DNA of 64,000 nt, taken from NCBI RefSeq assembly GCF_009914755.1, contig NC_060932.1, one strand, 5' to 3'. Position numbers and translations under genes: made by a program. This DNA is from the human T2T-CHM13v2.0 reference genome, Homo sapiens. Under the pieces are notes generated by a model. That model saw only the letters and a program-made list of their open reading frames with translations. It was not told the origin of the DNA and ran no database searches. Below, piece by piece: positions 1-18,178 of the stretch; within the stretch, counting starts at the first letter, position 1, and every line of letters starts with the position of its first letter.

Positions 1-139
1 TTAGCAAATTTTAGTTAGACCAATAAATGCTATGTAATCATGGGCAGTTTTACTTCCTTATTGGGTCCTAGTTTCTTCATATGTAAAATAAGGTAAATAC
101 AAAATGATATATAAGATTCCTTCTAGCTCAAATGCACAA

Positions 140-365
140 TGATTAAGAACTAAGGCTTTTAAATCAGAGGGCCAACATTCTAATCCTGGCTCTATTCTTA
201 CAAGCTATATAGCTTATATAATTCATCTCTCTTATCCTTTGTTTCTTCATTTGTAAATCAGGAAGTAACACAATAATTTGTTGCACAGAGATTTTTAAGG
301 TTGAAACAAAGTAAACACTGAAAAAGATGTTAGTCTGTTTGGCATACAGTAGGTACTTAAAACTG
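140..365 (+). mobile_element. MIR SINE (degenerate)
   Basis: Core-like 'aatcctggctctattcttac...gtttcttcatttgtaaat...tggcatacagtaggtacttaa'. Confidence 0.65.
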
Positions 366-369
366 AACT

Positions 370-911
<542 letters not shown>

Positions 912-2264
912 ACCATTAATATTATTAATACAATGGTGCTCAAAGGTACAAACATTAATTTTTTTGTATATGGCATACCTTCCCTAGCCAAATCTCCATC
1001 CAAGCAACATGTCCCATGACTTCCCAAAATTAATATCGATAGCAAAATATGTAACATTAATAATAAAATAGGTAACTTTGGGCGTTTTCTAGGTGTCAAC
1101 CAATGTAATAAGTGCTTCATATATAAGTTAGTTCACCTCTTTGAATCTTAGTTTCATCATTTAAAAAATGACTTTAATACCTATCATGTAGAGTTGTTGA
1201 GAGGGTTATAAACATTGTTATAATAACACATTCAATCCAGTGTCTGGGACAAAGTAGGCATGAAATAAATAGTAACTAGTAATAATAATTATAAGCCTAA
1301 TATAATTACTTTATAGATTGTAAATATATATTTATATTTCTTAAAAACTACTACCAATAATGCCTAGTGTGTAGTAGATGCAAATTAATGGTGACTGTTA
1401 TATAATAAAAATAAACAATGGGCATTTATCATGAGTGTTTATCACTTACTATTAATTTACCATTGAGAATAGCTTGGTGGGTTAGGGTGCAGTCAGAGAA
1501 AACTTCAGAATGCTGAGCTGAAAAGCATTTTTGGAAGAAGCTGGTACTATGCTTTAATTTCTTGCTCCTGAGATGGAGGAGGTGAAACTGGGAATCCACC
1601 CTTGAAGTATGAGAAATGGGATTGAATGTTTGTAACAAGCAGAAAGAGTCCAGCAGGGGTCCTGCAACTAGGAAAGGCTTAGACATTCTCAACACTGGTC
1701 TTGCAGGTGCTACTACTGTAAGGACGAGGGGTTAGACTAGCATTGGCACACGTCGACAATGCTAACAATTACTCTCTCTAGTCTAGTGGTACTGAATTTG
1801 GACAGCTGAGCCTTTGGGAGAATCTGTTGAAAGCTGTGAGTTTTTTCTTGTCATTTGTTTGATGGTACTGTGTCTTCTGCTATTTTAAAACACTTTTTGC
1901 TTCTTCTTTGGTATCTCTATGTGTATTATTAGCTGTAGCTCTGTCCAAAACATTATCGAATTATTAAGGGTCCAAGTTTTCATGTCTTTGTGTTTATCCA
2001 TTGTACTTACTATAACTCATTTTAATAATTCCTTTCAAAAATCACCCCCAAGTCAGTCCATATGGCCTCCTGATCTCATACTTAGCAATAAACAAGGGGT
2101 CACATGGCTATCAAGTGAAGTCTTTCAGGATGCTCCAGTTCCTTATCTTATTGCCCCTCAAAGGAACAGAGTGGACTGATCCAAAAGTCCAGATAGGAAA
2201 TGAGAGTGATCTCATCCTCTCTTGGCATTGGCTGACACCTCCTTGGAGAATAATTAACTAATAA

Positions 2265-2605
<341 letters not shown>

Positions 2606-2617
2606 TAGAACAAATTT

Positions 2618-2665
2618 AGAGTAAATGCTGTGCATACAGAGAGAGTAAATGCTGTGCATACAGAG
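2618..2665. repeat. 24-bp perfect tandem duplication
   Basis: agagtaaatgctgtgcatacagag x2. Confidence 0.9.
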
Positions 2666-3204
2666 AACAGAGAGGCCCAAATAGATCTATTTCTAGTGTG
2701 TCCTGTCAGGAATCAATTCTTGAAGGATCATTTTTCTGGCCTGTTTGAACCTGGCTTCAAATACAGAGTAGAGTTCTCTACCAAATGAAAGATTGTGATT
2801 ACATTTGTGGAAACATGAATGCTAAGGGAAGTCTCAGAAAGATAAATAAATTTACCATATAAGTGACATACCTGCTTATATGTCATGCAAGTTGGTAGAA
2901 ACTGATAAATATAAACATAATATTATAAATATGCATGTATAACACACCCATATAAAATTTCAATAATTCTATCCATCAAAAAAGCCAATTAAAACAATAA
3001 GAACATTACGTTTTGGTCATCATATTTGAAAGGTAAACAAATAATGCCCTGTGTGTTCTAAAATGTAGTGAGAGGGATTGTTCTTATGTATTGTATGTGA
3101 GAAAGTCAACTTTTACCATCTTTTAAAAGGCTATTTAGAAATAGAAATCGACCACCTCAAATTATGTATAATATATATTCTTTGATACAGCAATTCCTCA
3201 TCTA

Positions 3205-3572
<368 letters not shown>

Positions 3573-5109
3573 GAGAACCATCTAAAAATCAAAACTTAGC
3601 AATAAACATAATGTGTTTAAAGATATTTTAATGATATGTAAATTACTCAGGGTAAAATAATAAGGGTGAAAATTATATAGAGAGCTTTATAATCTTAACT
3701 ACATTAAAATATATGGATGAAATGTCTGAGAATAAAATTATTTCCAGCTAGTGGGATAAGTCACTTTTATTTGAGAATTTCTTTAATGTTCTTCATAATG
3801 TATATAATCAGAAAAATGAAGATAAAAAAGAATACTTAGTGTTCCTTTGGACAAATATCCTGAAATATATGTGGAGAGACATAATAGAGGAAACTAAGGA
3901 CATAAAAGTTATAAATATTTGCATAAATTGGGCTGACTTTCCCAGAATTGTTTGCAAAATTGCCCCCTTTTTGTGTGTGTTTTCAGTTTCAAATACTCCG
4001 AGAGCTCTGTCTGAGTTACACTGAGTCTAAGGGAAAAAAGTTAAACAAGAAAAGACGTCATTTTTAAGGAGGGTAGTTTCAAATGGTTTTGCCACAATTA
4101 AAAATGTGCCTTTGAAATGTTTAGTCTTTTAAGACAAGGAAGAACTGTAACCTCACGTTGCTTGTGAGTCACTGCACATCTGGCATTTCTTCCCTAGGAC
4201 AAGAACTACAGCGAGAAAAGGGAGACAGAAGAGGATGGACGTTGCTTTGCAATCAAATTGCAGATTTTTTTCCCATGCTTACTGTGTTTGGGAAAAAAAA
4301 AAAGTGAATCATGTTCCCCCATTCATGATTACGAAGCATTGCATCCTGCCATATTTTCTTCAGTACTTACTGTTCAATCACCTCTCCACAGAGGTAGTTG
4401 TGCTTTGGTAATGTATCAACTTTGTAAAATAAAAAAATTCAATTAGCCTGCATCTTAATTTCTTTGAAGGTTCCCCTGACTGATTTGAGTGCTAAAATGT
4501 AGAACTGGGCATCCTCCTTGCAGTTGGAATGCCACAGTTTAGACCAACTAACCTTAATATGTAAATAAGTAGGTAAATGAATGAATAATGAATGGCTCAG
4601 AGCAGCAGTTTTATGTCACCATAAATTGTTGGGTTAGCTAAGATTTAGGTTTATTTTTGTTTTCATTCTCATGTTACATTTTTGTAGTGATAGTCAACTC
4701 TTTTTCTTATGTCATAGGCAACATTTTAAGTGCCTTTCTGCTAGAGATAGAAATGTTCCATAATACTCAGGGCAATGATATCTGTTGGCACAAGGAAAAG
4801 GAAGGTGGGATGGACTAAAAGCTTTGAATGATGGATTTTTTTCACTTTTCTTTCCAATTCCACTGTTTTTTTCTCCCTACTGCTGGGTGTCTTTCACACA
4901 TGCACTGCATCTTTATCCAACTTTGTATCTACTCATATCAGAAATAACTTTTTTCTTGAATCTTTCAAGTTGAAAAATATAACTTGTTTTTCTAAAAAAT
5001 AAACAATATGACTTTGCTAATTGTCATCTTCCCTCCCTCCCTCCCTCTTTCTCTCCCTCCCTTCCTCCCTTCCTCCCTTCCTTCCTTTTATTCCTCCTTC
5101 CATTTTTAA

Positions 5110-6330
5110 ACCACATATTAATGGTTAATATGCCTATTAACTTATTGTATGCCTTGGCAAAGAGCTAGGTGCTAAGTAAATAACATTGAACAAGACAAGG
5201 CCCTAAGCCTTAAAGAGTTTACAGTGAGTTAGAGATCACAGAAGAGTAAAGGGATATTTACCAAAGAGTGATATTTACCACTACCACTTTTAGTAGAAGT
5301 GAAGTATGCTATGGAAGTACTCAAGCAAGGACACTTAACACAGACTTGGCACAGACAGAAGTAGTAATATTTATGATCATTTGAAATGTTGAGTCAATGG
5401 GACTTGGGTTTGGAGAAGGAAGAGAAAAGAGAAATCAAAGATGCCTCATACTATTCAGAGAAGAGAGGAAGAGACAGAGTGCCAGAGATAGACAGATGAA
5501 GAGAGGGAGTGTGCAAGAGAGCATGTGTGCCTTGATCAATAACCAAAAGGAAATTCAGTTTGACTACACCTTTCACACAGTCTATGCCATGTTAAATAAT
5601 TTGGAATTTATCTTGAAGTTTATAGATTTGAAATTTTAACCAGGAAAAATCCATGCCCACATTATAATTTTAATTCACTATAAGAATGAATCAGAGAAAG
5701 ATGAGATTGAATACGGAAAGTATAACTGGGAATTTTTTTTTTGTCATACTCCAAGGAAGAGGTGATTGTGGCCTGAACAATAAAGGTAGTAGAAATCATG
5801 AACAGACTAAAAAAGTGTTTAGAAGACAGCATTGGGAGGATGCGGTAATTGGTTTTAGGTGTTGAGAAAGGAGCAAAAGGTAGTAATGAAAACAGCAAGA
5901 TTTATGGCTTAAGCAACTGACAGATTGATGGATGGCATTCACTGATAATCAGAACACAGAAGAGGCAGTTTGTGGGGGATAGTAATGAGTTCAATTTTGG
6001 ATATAATGAATATGAGATTCTTCACAGATATCCAAATGGAGATATATAACACATATTTGAATATAAAGGTCTTATGCTCAGGAGAGATATCTGTACTATA
6101 AATAAATTTGGAGAAATATACATGATTGAAGTGAAAGGAATATATGAATTTGCCCAGGGGGAATTTATAAATTGAGAAGAGAGCTTAGGACAGAATCCTG
6201 AGAAATAACAAAGAGAGAGTTCCTTTCGTGAGAAGATAGCCATTACTTTCCAAGATGCTGTTGATGACTTTGACAAAATCAGTTTTAGTGGCACAGTGAG
6301 AAAAGAACCCAGACGGCTAGATGTTGATGC
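5110..6330 (-). mobile_element. L2 LINE fragment with reverse-transcriptase remnant
   Basis: Reverse complement of the L2 3' end at ~5130-5230. Minus-strand translation near 6240-6300 (HCATKTDFVKVINSIL) resembles the L2 RT motif HSTETALVKVTNDL. Confidence 0.75.
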
Positions 6331-6480
6331 CCAGTAAGCCCAATAAGATGTAATATCCATGGGTTGATTTATGCAGATGTTTCGGGCAAATTTAATCACA
6401 AGTAACTGAATTCTCCAAGTTGTTTTGGGATAGGTTAGCCAATATCATTTGTATTTAAAGCAAAAATGTCATTCTCTCTT

Positions 6481-6830
<350 letters not shown>

Positions 6831-8274
6831 TAATACAATCTGGTGAGGACCATAGGATAGCTAATTAAGAATTTTGCTATGATTTTTAATGTGGGCATTT
6901 GCTAAATTCCACCTTACATAAAATCATTTGTTTCTAGGCCTCTGGATTATTTTCCTGAGCAGAAAAATAAATGTTTTTTTTTCTATTAAGGATAAGTGTT
7001 TTTCTCTAACTAAAATAACATATTTAATTCTGAAGTGCAATGACCAATATGGAGTTTACTCTAACAGAATAAATATAAATATATTCAGTCTCTGGAGATT
7101 GACAAAGATTAGTAAACAAAACTAAACACACACTTAGATTTCCACCCATAAATTTAAGAAACACAGTGCTTCTGAAAGCAGAAAGAATATTTAGTGATTA
7201 TTTGTTCTTATTCTTTGAATAATAAATTTTAATACAACATGGCTGAAGCAAATTATAGTATTTAGTTTTCCAAAGATGGCATGGGAATATGTAGTTAAGT
7301 GGAGAGCACAGCCTCAAGATAAGAATATCCCAAAAGTAATTTTAAAATGCTTCTTACTTGGGAAAATTTTGGAGGCAAACTCACTTTATGATTATATTTA
7401 AAATTTCATGGATATTGAAATTGTCCCAATATTGACTGCAAGATTTCGAGGAAGAACATTTGCATTCCTTGTTGAATCTAGACTCCACCATTCTCCAAAT
7501 ATTGGTTGATAATTCAGAAAAAAAATAGTCCCTTTTCTTTGCCTATGCAGTGGATTTTATCCCAGAATCTCAGAGTGCTTTACACAAATTAACTCATGAT
7601 CCAGTCCCTTTAAAATTCTGAATGAAGATTAATAAGACTCCTACTCCGCACATGGGAACATGGAGTTTCTGGAACCTTGGATGAAGTGAATGAGACGTGC
7701 CACGGCTGCCAGCAAATTTGCGGATGAGCCAAGAATAGCCAACAAGATTTCTGCTATACCGTTTTAACCACCAGACACACAAAAATTTATAGATATTAAA
7801 CAATTTTTTTAAAAACAGACTAAAATGTGGTCTAAAAGAAAAAGCTCTTGACTAATGTCAGCATGTGTGAGAACTGGAACAAGTTTCTGTACTTTGAAAC
7901 TCTTGGTGGTCTCATTTCTCAGGGTGAATTGATTTCTAAGATTCCCTCTAGATCTGATATTCTAAGTGTCTGTGGACCTTACTTTGGAAAATGGGTCCTG
8001 TCTGAAAAAAAGAACAGTTCAAAATATTTGTAGAAATACGTAGCAGGATGTCCTTGTGTGTCTCTTCACTTGTCCTCTTGGCAATATTTACTGAGTTCTG
8101 TCTCTTCCTTTGTAACCCTCAAAACCAGCTCTTTTTCCTTTCAAATTGCAATTTCCCTAACTCCTTCTCAACAAATACTATGAATACAATTAGTTATTTC
8201 ATCTAGACCACTGTATAATTAGCCACACTCTTTATCCCTTTCTCTAGGAATAAAGAACATAGGTAAATAAAAGC

Positions 8275-8490
8275 AAAAGGATTAAAAGTGCAGGCCCTAA
8301 AATCATATTTCCCAGGAATAAAATTTAGATCTGTAACTTATTTAGTGTGTGACTTCGGACAAATTAATCCACTCAAGTTCCAGTTTCCTCATCTGTGAAA
8401 AGAGGAAGATAATATACTTACCAACAATAAAATGCTTTTGTGGGGAGTAAATGAACATTTAGCACAATGCCCAATGCATAATAAACAGTT
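8275..8490 (+). mobile_element. MIR SINE
   Basis: 'gtgtgtgacttcggacaaattaa...cagtttcctcatctgtgaaaag'. Confidence 0.75.
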
Positions 8491-9194
8491 TTGTTTGTCC
8501 TTCAGTTTTTTCTTCTCTTTCTCTTTGATAGATATCTACATAGACTCCATCCTATGCCACCTTTGTGTCGCAGGGTCTGGAAGCCTAGAAACTACGAATC
8601 CCTTGCTGCCTGTTCTCTGATTTAAATTCCTTTAGTGAGACTCATTTGCATTAAATTTTGAAGGTAGAAGAGAAGTTAATATAACTCCTCTCCCAGGGGC
8701 AGGTAGGAGCAGTTACTACTCCTGCATTTACTACCTACTACTAGCAGGTAGTGCACAAATAGGAGATTTTGTCAGTGACTTCCAGGAGTTCTCCCTAAAA
8801 TTATCATTTTGGGATGGTAGGTAGCTGAGATCATTGGCAGTGGTTTCCAGAAAATCTTGTAATATCCAAATTTCTTGAAGAAAAAAAAAACACAGTAATT
8901 TAACTTAAACTTCACTTCCTCATACTGTTAGTGGTTTCGTAAGCACCTAATTAGTTCCCTGAATTAAGTGCCTTCTAGCTTGAGTGGTTTCTATTTTCTT
9001 GACTAATCGTAGCTGATATATTTTTCTCCTTCTCGTTCTGATTACTGGATTCTATTACAAATTAGTAAATAAAAAATAAAGGAAAGTAATAGTATTAATA
9101 ACTGTGAACATTTAGTTCTTTCCTCAAATGACATCTTTTAGTAAGTGCCTTCTGACTATCTTATCTTTGCCTCCATTTTAAAATGTCCCCGTAA

Positions 9195-9507
<313 letters not shown>

Positions 9508-10065
9508 CATAAGAATTTTTTAGTATTTTACATAATAGTAATTTTACTTATCTTGTTTGTAGTATTTCTTTATAGGAAATTATTATGCTTATACAGATAA
9601 AGATTTTTTTTTTACTCTTTCACTGTTTAATACCCAGCTCTTCAAAAATTGTCTCACATGTAGTAGATGCTCAGTAAATGCTTGTTGAGTTAATGAGTAG
9701 AGTAATTATTATGTGCTAGGTTTCTTCTAACTGCTGTATGTAGATTATCTTACTCAATCCTTCTAATGAAACCTATTCAATGTCTATTACTAGTATGCCC
9801 AATTTATAAAATCAAAGATTTAGACACACTTATAGTGGAACAAGACTTTGAACTTAAACTGATTCCCAAATCTTTGATATTTACCATGATACCACATTGA
9901 ATACCCATTATTTTTCTAGTCCTGAGCTAGGTACTTGATATTGCCTTAAAGTCTCATAAAAATACCACGTGTTATGTACGATAAAATGAGAAAACTATGT
10001 CCGACAGAAGTTAAATAATTTTTTATACAATGATATAGCAACTAAGCGTACAGTTCAAATCCTCA

Positions 10066-13017
<2,952 letters not shown>

Positions 13018-13080
13018 TATGATGTTAGCTGGTGATTTTGCTCATTTGTTGATGCAGTTTCTTCCTAGTCTCGATGGTCT

Positions 13081-14098
13081 TTACATTTTGGCATGATTTT
13101 GCAGTGGCTGGTGCTGGTTTTTCCTTTCCATGTTTAGCGCTTCCTTTAGGAGCTCTTTTAGGGCAGGCCTGGTGGTGACAAAATCTCTCAGCATTTTCTT
13201 GTCTGTAAAGTATTTTATTTCTCCTTCACTTATGAAGCTTAGTTTGGCTGGATATGAAATTCTGGGTTGAAAATTCGTTTCTTTAAGAATGTTGAATATT
13301 GGCCCCCACTCTCTTCTGGCTTGTAGAGTTTCTGCTGAGAGATCCACTGTTAGTCTGATGGGCTTCCCTTTGAGGGTAACCCGACCTTTCTCTCTGGCTG
13401 CCCTTAACATTTTTTCCTTCATTTCAACTTTGGTGAATCTGACAATTATGTGTCTTGGAGTTGCTCTTCTCGAGGAGTATCTTTGTGGCGTTCTCTGTAT
13501 TTCCTGAATCTGAATGTTGGCCTGCCTTGCTAGATTGGGGAAGTTCTCCTGGATAATATCCTGCAGAGTGTTTTCCAACTTGGTTCCATTCTCCCTGTCA
13601 CTTTCAGGTACACCAATCAGACATAGATTTGGTCTTTTCACATAGTCCCATATTTCTTGGAGGCTTTGCTCGTTTCTTTTTATTCTTTTTTCTCTAAACT
13701 TCCCTTCTCGCTTCATTTCATTCATTTCATCTTCCATCGCTGATACCCTTTCTTCCAGTTGATTGCATCGGCTCTTGAGGCTTCTGCATTCTTCACGTAG
13801 TTCTCGAGCCTTGGTTTTCAGCTCCATCAGCTCCTTTAAGCACTACTCTGTATTGGTTATTCTAGTTATACATTCTTCTAAATTTTTTTCAAAGTTTTCA
13901 ACTTCTTTGCCTTTGGTTTGAATGTCCTCCCATAGCTCGGAGTAATTTGATCGTCTGAAGCCTTCTTCTCTCAGCTCGTCAAAATCATTCTCCATCCAGC
14001 TTTGTTCCGTTGCTGGTGAGGAATTGCGTTCCTTTGGAGGAGGAGAGGCACTCTGCTTTTTAGAGTTTCCAGTTTTTCTGTTCTGTTTTTTTCCCCAT
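13081..14098 (-). pseudogene. L1 ORF1p (RNA-binding chaperone), +1 frameshift just after the ATG
   Basis: ATG at 14098 followed by A7 instead of A6; span is 1018 nt versus 1017 expected; downstream 248 aa open, ending QPLQNHAKM. Confidence 0.93.
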
Positions 14099-14399
14099 CT
14101 TTGTGGTTTTATCTACTTTTGGTCTTTGATGATGGTGATGTACAGATGGGTTTTTGGTGTGGATGTCCTTTCTGTTTGTTAGTTTTCCTTCTAACAGACA
14201 GGACCCTCAGCTGCAGGTCTGTTGGAGTACCAGGCCGGCTGTGTGAGGTGTCAGTGTGCCCCTGCTGGGGGGTGCCTCCCAGTTAGGCTGCTCGGGGGTC
14301 AGGGGTCAGGGACCCACTTGAGGAGGCAGTCTGCCCGTTCTCAGATCTCCAGCTCCGTGCTGGGAGAACCACTGCTCTCTTCAAAGCTGTCCGACAGGG

Positions 14400-14998
14400 A
14401 CATTTAAGTCTGCAGAGGTTACTGCTGTCTTTTTGTTTGTCTGTGCCCTGCCCCCAGAGGTGGAGCCTGCAGAGGCAAGCAGGCCTCCTTGAGCTGTGGT
14501 GGGCTCCACCCAGTTCCAGCTTCCGGGCTGCTTTGTTTACCTAAGCAAGCCTGGGCAATGGCGGGCGCCCCTCCCCCAGCCTCGCTGCCGCCTTGCAGTT
14601 TGATCTCAGACTGCTGTGCTAGCAATCAGTGAGACTCCGTGGGCGTAGGACCCTCCGAGCCAGGTGCAGGATATAATCTCGTGGTTCGCCGTTTTTTAAG
14701 CCCGTCGGAAAAGCGCAGTATTCGGGTGGGAGTGACTCGATTTTCCAGGTGCCATCTGTCACCCCTTTCTTTGACTAGGAAAGGGAAACTCCCTGACCCC
14801 TTGCGCTTCCCGAGTGAGGCAATGCCTCGCCCTGCTTCGGCTCACACATGGTGCGCGCACCCACTGACCTGCGCTCACTGTCTGGCACTCCCTAGTGAGA
14901 TGAACCCGGTACCTCAGATGGAAATGCAGAAATCACCCGTCTTCTGCGTCGCTCACGCTGGGAGCTGTAGACCGGAGCTGTTCCTATTCGGCCATCTT
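14400..14998 (+). promoter_or_regulatory. L1 5'UTR: sense promoter (YY1 motif AAGATGGCC) and antisense promoter / ORF0 region firing toward higher coordinates
   Basis: CpG-rich 5'UTR; ORF0 ATG at 14558 (MAGAPPPASLPPCSLISDCCASNQ*) with a CGA>TGA stop at 14630-14632. Confidence 0.8.
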
Positions 14999-16002
14999 CC
15001 TTACCCACCAAAAAAATTTATTTTCAAGATTAGGGAAGTTAAAAGGTTTATTTAAGATGTCAGATTTTTATATGTTACCAGAACAATTTCTTTTTTCATT
15101 CCTGCCAGGCCAATACTGACCAAAGAAAGCCAAGGATGGTGCACTTCATCTACCAATAAATAATAATGTTTGAGCTTAATTATGAGGACTGTTCTATAAA
15201 ATCTTGAGTTTGGGGCTTTGTAGATTGTACTATTGTCATCTTATTTATAACTACATACAGGCTTCATGCTGCATGGTCCATATATTTACCTATGATAATT
15301 TAGAACCAGGATCTTTATTTGGTCTTATAAAGAACTAGGCATTGTAATAATGGTATACAGTTTAACACACCCAAGCCAGCTGGCATATAGGATGTTCTCC
15401 ACTGGAATAGAGTGTTCGTCAAGGTAAGTTTGGGGGTCCTGCCATTATGTTAAATTTTTTAAAGTCGGTAAAACCATTCAAGTCAATTATTCTTATAAGA
15501 GACAACTGGTTTGGTAAAACTGACCTTATAATGGCTTTGAGAAGGAAAGGTTACAACTGTCCCTTCCCTGCTTCTGCTATATCCAATAAGCACAGTGGGT
15601 TTGAGCTCAAATAAATATCTAAAAGAATAAATGACATAGAAACAAACACTGTATGTACTATGCTTTTTGTAAACTGCCCTCTTTGAATTTGTGAAATAGC
15701 TTGGAACAAGTAGCTGGCATGTGTTGCTAAAATGCTTTTTCATGCTTTGGCATTAAGGGGCTTCCACAGTTCCCAGTTGGTGATAATCACAGGGTGTGTT
15801 TGCGCCGTTCAGGCTTCACTAGAATACTTTCTTTGGAGGAAAGCTTTGGGTGGTTTCCCAGGTTCGATTTTTTTTTTAAATCACTAAAATGTGTTTTTTA
15901 CTTGCAAATTAACTTGTGTTATTGTATTACAATTAAATGTTTACAGCTTGGAAATTTTTTCCTTTTCTTTGAAAAACATTTCTGTTTATTTTTTCTCCGT
16001 AG

Positions 16003-16063
16003 GTCAGAGGAAACCCAATCCACATTGGAACAAGGCTTCTTAAGACATGGATGTAATTTGGTG
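16003..16063 (+). other. Candidate spliced exon (61 nt), probably non-coding transcript
   Basis: Strong acceptor tttctgtttattttttctccgtAG| and donor GTG|GTAAGA. Confidence 0.55.
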
Positions 16064-16508
16064 GTAAGATGGATTCAACGTTATTCCCCTGACCTTTCTC
16101 ACTTTCACCTTCTCCCTTGTGCACTCATTTCATCATAGAGGTGGAAATGTTAAACAATATAGTCGATTATGTGTTAGAGATCTCAAAGAAACCTACACTA
16201 GGTACTCCTTTAAAATCTAAACTGGCAACATGATAATGAGCTGACTTCGGGGTTGCTAAAATTTACCAACATCACACAGTAAAAGAAAAATACTATAATC
16301 CTAGTAAAGTGGTAAATTACAACCATTTTTTAGGAAAGCATTTTACATAATCTGAGAAAGGTCGTGGTAAACTCAAAATGAAATCTAGAAACAAATATGT
16401 CATTAAGTGATTCAAATAGCTTTATAACTTTACTTTCATGTGGTTTATTTTATATTATCAGAATAGCCTTATGTAAGCCAAAATATGCCTGAGGGCTAAT
16501 TCAAGGAA

Positions 16509-16804
16509 TTTTTTTTTTTTTTTTTTGAGACTGTCTCCTCTGTCACCCAGGCTGGAGTGCAGTGGCACAATCTTGGCTCACGCAACCTCCGCCTCACAGG
16601 TTCAAGCGATTCTCCTGCCTCAGCCTCAGGAGTAGCTGGGATTACAGGCACCCACCACCAGGCCCAGCTAATCTTTGTATTCTTAGTAGAGACAGTATTT
16701 TGCCATGTTGGCCAGGCTAGTCTTGAACTCCCGACCTCAGGTGATCCACCCACCTTGGCCTCTCAAAGTGCTAGGATTACCGGCATGAGCCACCGCGCCT
16801 GGAC
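16509..16804 (-). mobile_element. AluSx-like
   Basis: Full Alu; TSD aa(t/c)tcaaggaa. Confidence 0.97.
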
Positions 16805-17989
16805 AACTCAAGGAAATTTTAACTGAGAGGTAGTAGGGTGTTCTTAGTCTTTGCAGTTTTACACAGGAACACAATGGGAAGTGGGAGAGAAGAAACTTCT
16901 AACAGAGCACTTTCAGTGAGTCAACCATCATATTTATTTTTTGTTGTTGTTCCAATAATACCTTTAATTTCAATCCTTTCAATGAATTTACTTACCACCT
17001 ACAACATCTGAATTCCTGGTGGACATGTAGCCTCAGGCTGCCTATTCTTTAGAATGAGGCCACCTGAGGGAGGGAGAACTATCTGTGGATGGACTTTGGA
17101 GAGGTCAACATGTAACTGAATAGTTGGTAAAATTGGAAGCATGTGTGCATTGTCCTGGGGAAACAGCTGAGGGTTTTACTAGTCCTCAAAAACATAGCTT
17201 AGAAAAAGTTAAGAACTCTTGCTTAGATAGAGTTAACCACTAGTTTGACACATAGTACAAGGTCCTCAAATTTTGTATGTTGAGTTACTTCTTTGCCCCA
17301 CATCTAACAAGTTGTTTAGATTGTGTGCCATAGAAGTACTTGCCAATTGAAAAATATTAGTGGGATGGCAAAGATTATTAACTACACTAAACAAAAGTTT
17401 GTATACCACTGTCTGTCCAAGTTTAATGTCTGTGGCTTTTCACATTTTTTGACATGTAGGAAACCCTCCAGGATACAAAGAAAAGTAGAGAAGGAATCAG
17501 CAGTTTCCACTACAGAAACCTCTCCCTTTCCTAAGCGTCCACCAAAGCAGAGGTTTAAGAACCCCTGGGCAAGGGAAGAAAGATATCGCCAGAGTACCCC
17601 TTGCTCCCTCAGCCTATCAAAATGTCAAAGGCCCGTGACCCAATTAGTCAAACGGAACTGCGGTGGTGTCACTGAGAGAATATGTCTTCAAATCTTGCTT
17701 TCCAGGTGGCCCTAGCCTTGCTTCTTGTAGTATATAGTCTTCTGCATGCACCAAGGACAGAGAATTTATTCTTGTAAACACATCATCTCGACTTAGATGA
17801 TCATACAGGTCAGTTACAATTATGGAACGGATGCTGTACATATACCTAATTTAAGATGTATCAAAATACTAGAGACACACCACAGTTGGTCCTTCAGGCC
17901 CACTTTACTAACAGACTTTGATTCAGCAAACCATTTACTTTGCTGGTCTTCTATCTTTTATTAAAACATCTTGTGTCTACTCTCATGTC

Positions 17990-18178
17990 TCTTTTTCTTT
18001 CTTTCTTTCTTCTTTTTTTTTTTTTTTTTAGTGAGACAGGGTCTCACTCTGTTGCCCAGGTAGGAGTGCAGTGGCTCAATCAGAGCCCACTGGAGCCTTG
18101 ACCTCTGAGGTTCAAGCGATCCCTCTGCCTGGGCCTCCCAAAGTGTGGGATTACAGGCATGAGCCACTGCACCCAGCC
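17990..18178 (-). mobile_element. Alu monomer (FRAM/AluJ-type)
   Basis: ~150-bp right-arm-like monomer with T-rich tail. Confidence 0.85.

Noticed and set aside
14639-15055. 138-aa plus-strand ORF
   Set aside because: GTG-started remainder of L1 ORF0 after the premature stop, reading through the 5'UTR; no independent coding evidence.
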